The position numbers and the translations under genes were made by a program. The notes under the pieces were generated by a model. The model was not told where the DNA came from. It ran no database searches and worked only from the letters and a program-made list of their open reading frames with translations. DNA of 64,000 nt from a bacterium. Its GTDB lineage: Bacteria; Acidobacteriota; Blastocatellia; HR10. Shown one piece after another: positions 21,017 to 30,141 of this stretch. The stretch covers positions 32,001 through 96,000 of the forward strand of contig JBEPZV010000001.1 of the NCBI GenBank assembly GCA_041640655.1, in the 5' to 3' direction. Position 1 is the first letter of the stretch. Every line of letters begins with the position of its first letter.

Positions 21017-21580
21017 TCAGATTCCCCGCCGCAACAGGCGCAACACCACTTTCCCGCCAAGTCCAAGACCATCCTCGCCCAATGGCTCAAAGTTCTCAAC
21101 GGTGAGACCGGGCGGACGATCTGCATGGCTGGGATGAAGCTTCCCAGTCACGCGGATTTTCTTCCCCACGAGGTCAGTCCGTTTGCTGAGTGCGGCTGCC
21201 TCTGCTCCACCGGCCAACACAAACGGATGGTCCAACCCGGGAACATCGAGCGTCGGGAATTCTCCCTGCGCAATCAATGTCCCATCAACCACCACCACAA
21301 TAGCGGCTGGGGTGAAGCCCGCATCCCGGAGCGCCTGGGGGATCCGAACGGGATCGAAGGATTTTCCGGGCCGGGGAAACACCTCCACTTCTCCTCTCGC
21401 CAGGTTCACGTCGGCACGATCAACGCCTTCCAGGCGCTGGAGGGCTTTCTGTGCCCCTCGCGCTCAAAGGGGACAGAAGAGGCCGTCAATTTTAACCGTC
21501 GCCCTCACCACCTGAGCCGATACCGGCGCGGCGGAAAAAAAGCCAAGCAGAAGCAAAAGCCATAGGCTTGGTCTGTTCAT
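21017..21580 (-). CDS. Putative selenoprotein: exported HMA-domain protein with CxxU (C36-P-L-U39), 187 aa
   Basis: MNRPSLWLLLLLGFFSAAPVSA-QVVRATVKIDGLFCPL-TGA(21464-66)-ARGAQKALQRLEGVDRADVNL, in frame with ORF 21017-21409; hairpin CAGCGCCT-GGA-AGGCGTTG. Confidence 0.88.
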
Positions 21581-21635
21581 CAGCTTTCTCATGTTCAAAC
21601 CCTCCGAAGAAATCGGGTCGCGTCATCCGGAGCTC

Positions 21636-22649
21636 CTAGAACAAAAATCGGAATCCGAGAAGAAAGGTCGAACCAGGCTCCGGTTGCCTCCCGTTGAGGG
21701 CCCGGACGACCGGAATCGGAGCCGAGAATTCGACCAAAAATCGGTCGCTGAGGAAGTACTGGATTCCCGGTGAGACCGAAAGCGTCGTCCCGCCGGTGTC
21801 AGGCACTTCCTTGCCCTGGCGGCGGGCGCGAGCTTGCCAGGTGCCGTTCATTTCCACGACGAGATACGCCCCATGGCGGAACAACCGATCAAGGGCCCTG
21901 CGCGGCCACCCGGCCCGAGCGCCTGCCGCCACGTTGTTCGATGAGATGACAAAGCGCGACAGCGCGGCGTCAAACCGGAGCCGGTCGCCCACGGACAGAC
22001 CCCCGCGGTTCTTGGTCGCATGAGTGTACTCGAAATCGCCACTGAAGACGTACTTCAACCTCACCGCCTTCTGGAAGATCATCCCGCCGGTGTACTCGAC
22101 CGCCCCCGTCGAGAACCGGTCAGCGCCCGTCGGCACCTGCAATCCAAAAACTCCCGACAGCCGCGTCATCCCACCGGGGGCGTTGCGACTGTAGAGCCCA
22201 TCGTACTGAACGAACACTCGCGCGTCGGCCAACCCACTCACGCGCTCTCGCTCTGCTTCACCTCCCATCCGATGGGTCACATCTACGATCGCGTAAGGCT
22301 GAGCCAGGATGACCATCCAGCCCGGAGAAAATCCGTAGACAACGGTCACCGCCGGAACATACTGAGTGACGCCGACCGATCCTTCCTCCATTCGAAGAGA
22401 AGAATGCCGAATTTCAACGGATGAGCGGATGAGCGTCGCCCGATTGAAGAGCGTCCGGGCGCTCGGCGCCACGATGGTCTGCGCGCGCCCGTCGGCCGAT
22501 GAAAGCCCCATGCCGCCGATGAGCACGAGCGCGATGCTCCAGGACGCCGGTCTCCGAAATCGCGCAGGCTTCCCGGCCGGCTTTCCCCAAGGCCCAGCCG
22601 TCGAGGCGAAGGCCGCTACAAATTCCGACGTTTCCGACCGACGCGGCAT
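21636..22649 (-). CDS. Putative outer-membrane beta-barrel protein (start uncertain)
   Basis: Amphipathic strands (SGLADARVFVQY, GLQVPTG, LSVSPGIQY), C-terminal Phe. Confidence 0.65.
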   Translation of the reverse strand: MPRRSETSEFVAAFASTAGPWGKPAGKPARFRRPASWSIALVLIGGMGLSSADGRAQTIVAPSARTLFNRATLIRSSVEIRHSSLRMEEGSVGVTQYVPAVTVVYGFSPGWMVILAQPYAIVDVTHRMGGEAERERVSGLADARVFVQYDGLYSRNAPGGMTRLSGVFGLQVPTGADRFSTGAVEYTGGMIFQKAVRLKYVFSGDFEYTHATKNRGGLSVGDRLRFDAALSRFVISSNNVAAGARAGWPRRALDRLFRHGAYLVVEMNGTWQARARRQGKEVPDTGGTTLSVSPGIQYFLSDRFLVEFSAPIPVVRALNGRQPEPGSTFLLGFRFLF

Positions 22650-22663
22650 GTGACGACCCGTTG

Positions 22664-22963
22664 TCAAAAGAGGCGGAGGCTCCAAAGTAAGGCCGAGACG
22701 CCCGTCCCCGCCCACACCGTGAAGCGAGCCGTTCGCCCTCCCTGCCCCTTCACGTTCACCAGATAATGCGCGCGCAGCAGAGCGTACACGGTGAGGGCCC
22801 CGAAGATCGCCTTCCCGCGGGCGAAGATCACGTGCGCGGCGACGGCCCCTGCTGTCCCGAGCAGGGCGAACACCGTTGGCGCCAGTCAGCACCAGGGGAG
22901 CGACGCCAGTACCGCCACCCCACTGCAGATCGGCCCCCACCGCCAAGCGCGCCGCTTCTCCAT
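22664..22963 (-). CDS. Putative selenoprotein: small MerT/MerF-like membrane protein with a CU pair (C25-U26), 99 aa
   Basis: AAGGAGG RBS, ATG 22963: ...AVLASLPWC-TGA(22886-88)-LAPTVFALLG..., in frame with ORF 22664-22873; hairpin CCCTGCT-CGGGAC-AGCAGGG. Confidence 0.8.
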
Positions 22964-23053
22964 CTCGGCCTCCTTTGATCCACCGGGGAGTGCCCGCGCA
23001 GACGCTCCCCGGGGCACCCACTGCGATCTATACTCGAGTAGTGACTGACGCCG

Positions 23054-23227
23054 TCACTTCTTCAGCGGACAGGCATCGCGGCAGATGATCTTGCCCGTGA
23101 GCGGGCAGACGATCCGACCCGGGCAGCTCGATGGGCTCTCGGACGATGCCTTGAACCCATAGAGCGCTCCCGATCCGATCGCTCCGCTCAACACGAGCAG
23201 CAACACGATCCGGCGCATTCGTCGCAT
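23054..23227 (-). CDS. 57-aa exported/anchored four-Cys peptide (below ORF-track cutoff)
   Basis: MRRMRRIVLLLVLSGAIGSGALYGFKASSESPSSCPGRIVCPLTGKIICRDACPLKK; GGAGG RBS at the end of merR. Confidence 0.75.
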   Translation of the reverse strand: MRRMRRIVLLLVLSGAIGSGALYGFKASSESPSSCPGRIVCPLTGKIICRDACPLKK

Positions 23228-23230
23228 CGG

Positions 23231-23680
23231 TCATCCCTCCTTTCCGTGATCTGGGCGGTGATGCCCGGCCAGCGTCATGATGAGCGAGCAGACGTAGGGC
23301 GAGGAGTCTGCTTGATCGGGCATCGCGTCCAGTTGGGCGAGCAGAGCGGATAGCTCCCGGCGAAAGGCTCGCAGTTCGGCGATCTTTCGATCCAGCGCCC
23401 GAAGCTTTTCCCGAAGCAAGGCTCGGACTCGCGCACATGGCGATCGCCCCTCGCGGCTGAGCATGACAAGCTCTCGAATCTCCGCCAGCGACAGCCCCAG
23501 CGCCTGCGCCGCTCGAATGAAGCGCAGCCGCATGAGCGCCGCCTCATCGTAGAGGCGATAGCCCGAACGCGTCCGCGCCGCCCGCCCCAACAATCCCTCC
23601 CGCTCGTAATAGCGAACCGTCTGAGGCTTCACCCCCACGGCCCGCGCCAGCTCGCCGATGTAAAACGTCCGACCCGACAT
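23231..23680 (-). CDS. Heavy-metal-responsive MerR-family regulator
   Basis: YIGELARAVGV...TVRYYEREGLL...SPCARV...YVCSLI. Confidence 0.92.
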   Translation of the reverse strand: MSGRTFYIGELARAVGVKPQTVRYYEREGLLGRAARTRSGYRLYDEAALMRLRFIRAAQALGLSLAEIRELVMLSREGRSPCARVRALLREKLRALDRKIAELRAFRRELSALLAQLDAMPDQADSSPYVCSLIMTLAGHHRPDHGKEG

Positions 23681-23704
23681 CTCACGCCTCCTTTCACACT
23701 CGCT

Positions 23705-23736
23705 ATTCTAAACCTTGCAGCCAACTGCAAGGTCAA
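23705..23736 (-). promoter_or_regulatory. MerR-type promoter with perfect 9-4-9 operator
   Basis: TTGACC-ttgcagttggctgcaaggtt-TAGAAT; ACCTTGCAG-TTGG-CTGCAAGGT. Confidence 0.85.
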
Positions 23737-23786
23737 GCCCCATTTTTCAGCGCGGGCAGAGGGAGCGCCCCTGGAGAGCTTCGGTG

Positions 23787-23830
23787 TGTAATCTCGATTA
23801 CTGAACGGCTCGGTCGGATGGCGTTAAGCT
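23787..23830 (+). promoter_or_regulatory. Crp-type site and -10 upstream of the TlpA/DUF3179/OsmC operon
   Basis: TGTAA-TCTCGA-TTACT; TAAGCT at 23825. Confidence 0.5.
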
Positions 23831-24594
23831 GGTGGCTCGATGCGAATTTCCGATCTCTGCGAATTTCCAATCTGCCGGAGACGATCATGACCGATCGAAG
23901 AATACCGGACGGCATTGTCCGAGGCCGGAACGCGAGGCCCTCCATCCGGCCGCGCCTACGGCCGACTATTTCGGCCCACACGATACTCTCGACAGCCGCG
24001 CTGAGATGCTCAGGAGCACGAGGGACCGTCCGCCTCTCGCATGCACGCGTTGTTGTGATCGCTGTCTCCCTGGTTGCCGGAATATCGTTCACTGCCGGCA
24101 GCAGGGGCGCATGGTCACGCGTCTCGGCTCATGATTCGACTCTCGCCGTTGCCGCCGACAAGGATGCTGATGAGAGGGGTCGGCCCGCGCCGGAGCTCGA
24201 GCTTGTGGATGTTCGCGGTCGCCCGGTGCGTTTGGCCGCCCTCCGGGGTAAAGTCGTGATCGTGAATTTGTGGGCGACCTGGTGCCCTCCCTGCGTGATG
24301 GAAGTCCCGACCTTCAAGAAGCTCCACGCGACGTATCGAGATCGGGGGCTGGAGATCATCGCCATCTCTCTAGACGAGGACGAACGAGAGGTCAAAACGT
24401 TCATCCGGGAACACGCCCTCCCCTACACCGTCATCCTCGGCGATGAACAGATCGCGGAGAAGTTCGGCGCGTTGACGGGACTCCCCATGACGTTTTTCAT
24501 TGATCGGAAAGGGCGCATCCGTGCCGAGCACGCCGGTTTCATGGACGAGGAAGATTTCGTCCGCGAGGTCGAACGATTGCTGTCGGAGCCGTGA
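23818..24594 (+). CDS. TlpA-family thiol:disulfide oxidoreductase (true start probably further downstream)
   Basis: NLWATWCPPCVME, GLPMTFFID. Confidence 0.85.
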   Translation: MALSWWLDANFRSLRISNLPETIMTDRRIPDGIVRGRNARPSIRPRLRPTISAHTILSTAALRCSGARGTVRLSHARVVVIAVSLVAGISFTAGSRGAWSRVSAHDSTLAVAADKDADERGRPAPELELVDVRGRPVRLAALRGKVVIVNLWATWCPPCVMEVPTFKKLHATYRDRGLEIIAISLDEDEREVKTFIREHALPYTVILGDEQIAEKFGALTGLPMTFFIDRKGRIRAEHAGFMDEEDFVREVERLLSEP

Positions 24595-24715
24595 TTCATC
24601 CCGGCTCCGCTTCTCCTCTCGATGATGCGAATGTGGTAGACTCATGTTCCGTGACTCGCCGAAAACGGCCGACACGGGGTACAGATCGCAAGGGATGCCC
24701 TGAAGGAGGTGAGGA

Positions 24716-25828
24716 ATGATCGTGACGCTTCGACGATTCGGCCGGCTGACCGCGCCGCTTGTCGCTCTGTTGACGATGGGACTTATGAGCGCTGCTTCTC
24801 AGTTCCAGAAAGACAAACTCTTTGTCGTCACCCAATTTCCCCCGGAGTTGAACGATCCGGAGTTCATCCCCGCCACCCATCCCGACGGTGGCTACCTGGA
24901 TGACACCGAGACGGTGATGGGCATTGCGCTCGAGGGAGAGAGCCGGGCCTATCCGCTCCGGATCATGGCCTATCATCATGTGGTCAATGACGTCGTCAGG
25001 GGCCGCCCCATCGTCCTGGCCTACTGACCGGTCTGCGGGACGGGAGTCGGGTTCGACTCCGTGACACAGCAGGGGAGGCGGCTCATGTTTAAGCCGCACG
25101 GATTGTACAACGCCGAACTCGTGTTCGCCGACACCGAGACGGGAAGCGTCTGGTCGCTGACGAGCGGCGAGGCGATGGAGGGTCCGCTCGCAGGCCAAAG
25201 ACTCAACAAACTCGCGGTCGTGCAGACAACCTGGGCGAAGTGGAAACAGCTCCATCCCGACACGCTGATCGTTTCCAACCGGACGCCCCATCAAGCCCAC
25301 TACAAGCCGTTTCGCTGGCAGCCGCGCCAGCTCAGCTCCGTTTTCGAGCGCACGCTCACGCATCGAGATGAGCGACTGGGAAGAATGGAGCTGGTCCTGG
25401 CGGTGGCCCTGGGCGATGAACGCAAAGCCTATCCCTTATCCACGCTCAAGCAAGCGGGCGGCGTGGTGAACGATGTCGTCGGCGGCGTGCCGATCGTCGT
25501 CTTCTACGATCCACAGACGAACACCGCCGCCGCTTACGAGCGCAAGCTGGGCAAACGGGTGCTCCGCTTCGAGAACGCAGATCGGCAGGGCGAACGGGCA
25601 CCCCACGCGACCTCCAGTTCGCGTGGGGACCCCATACGGCTCGAGGCGGTGGATACGGCGACGCGTTCCCGGTGGAACCTGGCCGGTCGCGCCGAGTCGG
25701 GCCGACTGCGCGGCGAGCAACTTGCAGCCGTGCCGGCTCACACGGGAGCCTGGTACGCCTGGGCCGCCTACTTCCCGGATACGAAGATTTACACCTCGGC
25801 CGCTCGTCAAAGGGAGCGCCAGAAGTAG
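24716..25828 (+). CDS. Putative selenoprotein: DUF3179-like exported protein, U104xxC, 370 aa
   Basis: RAYPLRIMAYHHVVND...PIVLAY-TGA(25025-27)-PVCGTGVGFD, in frame with ORF 25061-25828; hairpin GGAGTCG-GGTT-CGACTCC. Confidence 0.88.
25596..25633. repeat. Palindromic element in-frame in the DUF3179 gene
   Basis: GGGCACCCCACGCGACCTCCAGTTCGCGTGGGGACCCC. Confidence 0.85.
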
Positions 25829-25844
25829 AGGCATATGACTGCGC

Positions 25845-25882
25845 GGGGTCCCCATGCGATCTATAGATCGCATGGGGTGCCC
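25845..25882. repeat. Palindromic element, intergenic
   Basis: Identical to 5861-5898. Confidence 0.9.
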
Positions 25883-25990
25883 GAGCGCCCATGTCACGTC
25901 TTTCGCGATCGCCGCCATCGGGTGTTCAAGCGGAGGTTCACGGAAAGGGACTCCGCATTCGGCCAAAATAGATTATGTGGAGGTCAACCG

Positions 25991-26488
25991 ATGAACAGCG
26001 CTGTGGTTTATCGTTCGCGGGTACGGATTGAGCGCGTCGCGGGTCCGCTCCGGCGGGCTTATCTTCCGGCGGAAGCGCTGCCCGTTCTCTTCGGCGTCCA
26101 TTCCGAAGTCGCCGCGCACTACGGCGTTGATCCGCGTGTCCATGAACCGCACGCCACGACGCTCGATTATCTGGTGGCGGCGGCGGCGGGCTGACTCACC
26201 GGCACCTTCGGTGGCGCGCTGGAAGCGCGCGGGATCCCCGCCGGAGAAGGACGGCTCACCTCGGAGGCCACGGGCGAAGTGGAAGCCGACGGGCGCGTGC
26301 TCATCGTGCGGCGCATTCACGTGACGTATCACCTGCGCCTGAGACCGGACAAGCGCGAGGCCGCCATCCGGGCTCACGAAAAGCACGCCGAATACTGCCC
26401 CGTCGCTCGAACCATCGGCGGCTGCGTGACCATCACGACTTCGCTCGAGATGGAGGACCTCGCTGAGGATGCTGCCGATACCGGTTGA
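25991..26488 (+). CDS. Putative selenoprotein: OsmC/Ohr-like protein, U68, 165 aa
   Basis: TTLDYLVAAAAG-TGA(26192-94)-LTGTFGGALEARGI...HAEYCPVARTI; hairpin GCGCGCT-GGA-AGCGCGC. Confidence 0.88.
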
Positions 26489-26520
26489 GCCGACACCGGG
26501 GAGAAGTTCATTCGGCAGAG

Positions 26521-26559
26521 GAGTGCCCCATGCGATCTCCGAATCGCATGAGGATCCCC
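26521..26559. repeat. Palindromic element variant, intergenic
   Basis: GAGTGCCCCATGCGATCTCCGAATCGCATGAGGATCCCC. Confidence 0.75.
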
Positions 26560-26637
26560 GTGCGGTTTCTCCGCCGAAAGCCGGGGCGTGAGTCCTTTCG
26601 ACAGCATTTTCAGCAACCCCATGGTGGGAGGTCAACG

Positions 26638-27642
26638 ATGAAGACATCGGTTCTGATTGCCGCTCTCTGTTTCATGATGGGTCCGGGCGGGCTCATCGCG
26701 TTCGTTCAAGAGAAACAATACCTCGATGCGGGTCCGGGCCAGCGCCCGTTCGACGTCACCAAGCGCTCGGTTCCGCTCGAAGACATTCAAGGCGGCGGAC
26801 CGCCTAAAGACGGCATCCCGGCTCTCGACTCGCCCACATTCGTCTCGGCTCGCGAGGCCGAAAAATTCCTGCGTCCTTGGGATCGCGTCTTAGGCGTTTC
26901 GCTCGCCGGCGCGGCCAAAGCCTACCCGATCAAGATTCTCAACTGGCACGAGATCGTCAACGATCAGGTTGGGGATCGGCCCATTCTCGTCACCTGGTGA
27001 CCGCTCTGCAGTTCGGGCGTCGTGTACGACCCGATCATTGACGGCAAGCGATTCACCTTCGGCGTGTCGGGCAAGCTCTACAAGGCGGCTCTGGTCATGT
27101 ACGACCGCCAGACCGAGAGCCTCTGGTCGCAGCTCATGCAAGAAGCCATCGCCGGCCCGATGACAGGAGCGAAGCTCGCCATCCTGCCGAGCCTCCACAC
27201 GACGTGGGAGCACTGGCGGGCGCAACATCCTCAGACGCTCGTCCTCTCGCCCGAGACGGGATTCCGCCGCGATTACGGCTTGAATCCCTATCAAGAATAC
27301 TGGGAGATGGGCCAGCCGCCCCGTTTCCGGCGCCCGCCCAAAGAGAAGAAGTCGGATGTCAAACTCAGGCCCATGGAGCGCGTGCTCGGCCTCTCAGTGG
27401 ACGGCGTGAAGAAGGCCTATCCCTTCTCCGTGTTGAAGAAGAAGCCCGAGCGATTTGAGGATCATGTCAGCGGGAAGAAGGTCATCATCCACTTCGACAA
27501 AAAATCGGAGACCGGATACGTCACCGATGAGCGTGGGATTCTCATCCCTTCGATCGCGCTCTTCTGGTTCGCGTGGAGCGATTTTTATCCCGATACGGAG
27601 GTCTACGGCGAGGAGCCGTCACAGCAACAGCCGGTCCGCTGA
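26638..27642 (+). CDS. Putative selenoprotein: DUF3179-like exported protein, U121xxC, 334 aa
   Basis: GGPPKDGIPALD...KAYPIKILNWHEIVND...PILVTW-TGA(26998-27000)-PLCSSGVVYD...FGVSGKLY; hairpin TCGGG(C)GTCG-TGTA-CGACCCGA. Confidence 0.9.
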
Positions 27643-27699
27643 CATCCGGTAGGCCGCCCTGAAGAGGGCCTCCGGCTCACAGGGACGCGGGCGCAGCCG

Positions 27700-28230
27700 C
27701 CGCGCCTTCATCGAGCTGTCATCTTTGCGTGCAGGCATCATATCCCTTGGGAGGATCTCGCACGAATCAACGACGCCCTGCCCTCGAATCTGCCCACGCC
27801 GTTGGCGCGATGACCGTCACGGCCAAATCGCTCGGCGCAGGCATCCCGCTGCGCGGATCAATGATGTGAGCGATGCGCCGACCGGCCACTCGCGTCGCGT
27901 TCTCACATACGAATCGGAAGAGCCAATGGCCATATCGCTCAGCGCGAGCGTCAAGGCCATGCGCTCGGGCCGGGCCGGATCCCTCACGGAGACGCGCCAA
28001 GGACGATCATCCGGCCCCTTCCCCAGAGCGTAGATCGAGCTTTCGCCGAAGTTGATGAAGGCTCGCGCATGCCCCCGGGCGCGCGCGGCGCTACAGCCCC
28101 CGACGGAACATCGTCTCTCGCGACCGGCGCGATCTCAGGCGCTTGGCGTCGCCGACGCTTCACCGCGCCCCCAGCGATCTCCACGAGGCCGGCGATTTCT
28201 TCGTCTCCACCTCCGCTCACCTCCTCGGAA
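27700..28230 (-). pseudogene. ApbE (FAD:protein FMN transferase) remnant
   Basis: Fragments AFINFGESSIYALG and HIIDPRSGMP...VTVIAPTA in broken frames. Confidence 0.55.
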
Positions 28231-28235
28231 AATAA

Positions 28236-28306
28236 CCACGGATGCACACGGATCAACACGGATGGCTCCTGTGGAAATGTGGCACGGGCGTCCCGCCTGT
28301 GTGCCA
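28236..28306. repeat. CACGGAT x3 (period 10) plus a REP-like hairpin
   Basis: CCACGGATGCACACGGATCAACACGGAT; TGGCACGGGCGTCCCGCCTGTGTGCCA. Confidence 0.6.
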
Positions 28307-28649
28307 TTTTCATCGTGTGTGGCGTGCATTCGCACATGAGCGATTCCTGAGGGAGAAATAGCGCGACACCCGGGCGACAAGCAGCGGATGATTTGCTCCC
28401 GATGGGCCGATCCATGAGAGACGCCCTCGGCCGCGTCACCTCTCGACCCGCTCGACCTCCGCCTCCTCACCCGGCTGTCCCCTGCGCTGTCGGCGGTGAG
28501 ATCCCCTGCGCACCAATACTGCACCCACGACGAGCCGATGGAGCCAGGCACTCACGGTCACCCCGCTCTCGCCCGCCGTGGGGTCACCGGACGAGGGTTG
28601 ATCAGGACTCACACGGTCAAAAGCCGGAGGCGACGACGGTCATGCCGTC

Positions 28650-29036
28650 TCACTTGAGATCCGACTCGACGCGCAATCCATCGAGAAACTTGTTGATCCC
28701 CATGAAGAGATCCACGACGGCGAGGGCCTCCAGCAATTCTTCAGTGGAAACACCCATTCGTCGCAATCCCGCCGTATGAGCGTTGATACAGTATTCGCAG
28801 TTATTGACGGTGGAGACGGCCAGGGCCAGAAACTCTTTCGTCTTCGGGTCCAGCTTGCCCGGCCCCATGATCACTTTGAAACGATTCCAGCTCGCTTCGA
28901 GATAGGCTGGATGATTCGCCATCGCTCTGAAGAGATTCGGGACAAAAGGCAAATTAAAGGTGCGCTTGATGTCATCAAAAATGTCTTTCACCTTCCCTGT
29001 TGCTTGCTGTTCAGAAGTCAAAGGTACTGTTGCCAT
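28650..29036 (-). CDS. AhpD/CMD-family peroxidase-related protein
   Basis: VPNLFRAMA, TKEFLALAVSTVNNCEYCINAH. Confidence 0.9.
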   Translation of the reverse strand: MATVPLTSEQQATGKVKDIFDDIKRTFNLPFVPNLFRAMANHPAYLEASWNRFKVIMGPGKLDPKTKEFLALAVSTVNNCEYCINAHTAGLRRMGVSTEELLEALAVVDLFMGINKFLDGLRVESDLK

Positions 29037-29081
29037 TTTGTTCCTCCATGAGTTTTTGATCAGATTCCTGCATGCGTGAAG

Positions 29082-29124
29082 ATGGTACCCGCTGGCCCGA
29101 AGAGCTTAAGTAGTCAGGGTTACA
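29082..29124 (-). promoter_or_regulatory. Crp-type site and -10 for the AhpD-like gene
   Basis: Minus strand TGTAA-CCCTGA-CTACT; TACCAT 22 nt after TAC. Confidence 0.55.
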
Positions 29125-29190
29125 GAACGCTTCCTCTCCCTTCGGCTAAGCTACACCCTGTGATGACCACGCCGAAAGGAGAGCAAAGTC

Positions 29191-29922
29191 ATGAGAAACA
29201 CCTGGCCTCAGATTGATCTGCCTGCAGGCTTGGGCACCGCCGAGGGGCTCACGGCAATCAATGGGATCATCTCCGGGCGACGGTACGCCAGCGGTCAGAT
29301 AATTTACAATGTCGGCGATAAGGCTGACGCGCTCCACATCATCGAAGAAGGGCAGGTGACGTTATCGGTCTTCTCTCTCGACGGCAAGGAAAAGATTCTG
29401 GAGATCCTCCACCACGGCGACATTTTCGGCGAGATGTTTCTCGACGAGAAGGACCGAGGCCAACAGCAAGCGCGAGCCATCACCGATGTGCTTGTGTCAA
29501 TAGTGACTCGCCGCGCCTTTCTGGAACTTTGCCGGCACACTCCCCACGGGGTCCCCAGGCGATCTATAGATCGCCTGGGGGGCCCGCAGGTGGTGGCGGC
29601 CCTTATGGGGGCGCTCATGAAACGGCTCCGAAACTTGCAAAGAGAGGTAGAGGATTTGGCCTTCTCCACCGCGCGAGAACGGTTCATCAAGTGGCTGGGC
29701 AAGTTGTGCGATGAATACGAGACCACGAAAGACCGTGACCCCCAGACGTGCATTGTGCGATTTTCCCAGGATGAACTGGCCCATCTGCTGGGCTTGACCC
29801 GCGAACGCGTGAATGCGCTGATACAGGAATTTAAGGGCGAGGGACTGGTCCAGTCGCATTACGGCTACGTCACCGTGAATCGAGATCAACTCCAGCGTTA
29901 TTTGCACCAATATCTGGTCTGA
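29191..29922 (+). CDS. Crp/Fnr family regulator (paralog of 9303-10052) with a 14-aa insert
   Basis: GDIFGE, EDLAFSTARERF, SQDELAHLLGLTRERVN. Confidence 0.9.
   Translation: MRNTWPQIDLPAGLGTAEGLTAINGIISGRRYASGQIIYNVGDKADALHIIEEGQVTLSVFSLDGKEKILEILHHGDIFGEMFLDEKDRGQQQARAITDVLVSIVTRRAFLELCRHTPHGVPRRSIDRLGGPQVVAALMGALMKRLRNLQREVEDLAFSTARERFIKWLGKLCDEYETTKDRDPQTCIVRFSQDELAHLLGLTRERVNALIQEFKGEGLVQSHYGYVTVNRDQLQRYLHQYLV
29548..29585. repeat. Palindromic element, in-frame 42-bp insert in the Crp gene
   Basis: GGGGTCCCCAGGCGATCTATAGATCGCCTGGGGGGCCC. Confidence 0.9.
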
Positions 29923-30141
29923 GGCCGGTCCATCGCCGGATCGTTATCTAACCTCGTCGCCTCGAGCGCGAATCCGTGGTGGGAAATAGCGCATAACGAG
30001 AACCCGGAGGAGGGAGCGCCTCGGATCTGAGGAATCGGCCTCTTCCCCGCTCGACGTTTCATACCCCTTATGAGGACGAAAACGCCGGAGGGCACGCTCG
30101 GAGCACGAGTTCACTCGGCCCACCGGCGCTGATGCGAGAAA

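Noticed and set aside
23028..23438. 136-aa ORF overlapping merR
   Set aside because: Alternative frame; the 57-aa Cys peptide has better RBS spacing and a coherent signal-plus-motif structure
13934..27642. Alternative genetic code (UGA = Trp or Gly) as the cause of the in-frame TGAs
   Set aside because: Many ordinary genes here end in TGA at the expected position (gnd, glucoamylase, glnK), Trp is encoded by TGG, and internal TGAs occur only once per gene at Cys-type positions
13934..27642. The six split genes as ordinary nonsense pseudogenes
   Set aside because: The real pseudogenes here show frameshifts and truncations; six independent TGA-only stops at active-site positions, each with a downstream hairpin, is unlikely by decay, though not formally excluded without finding sel genes
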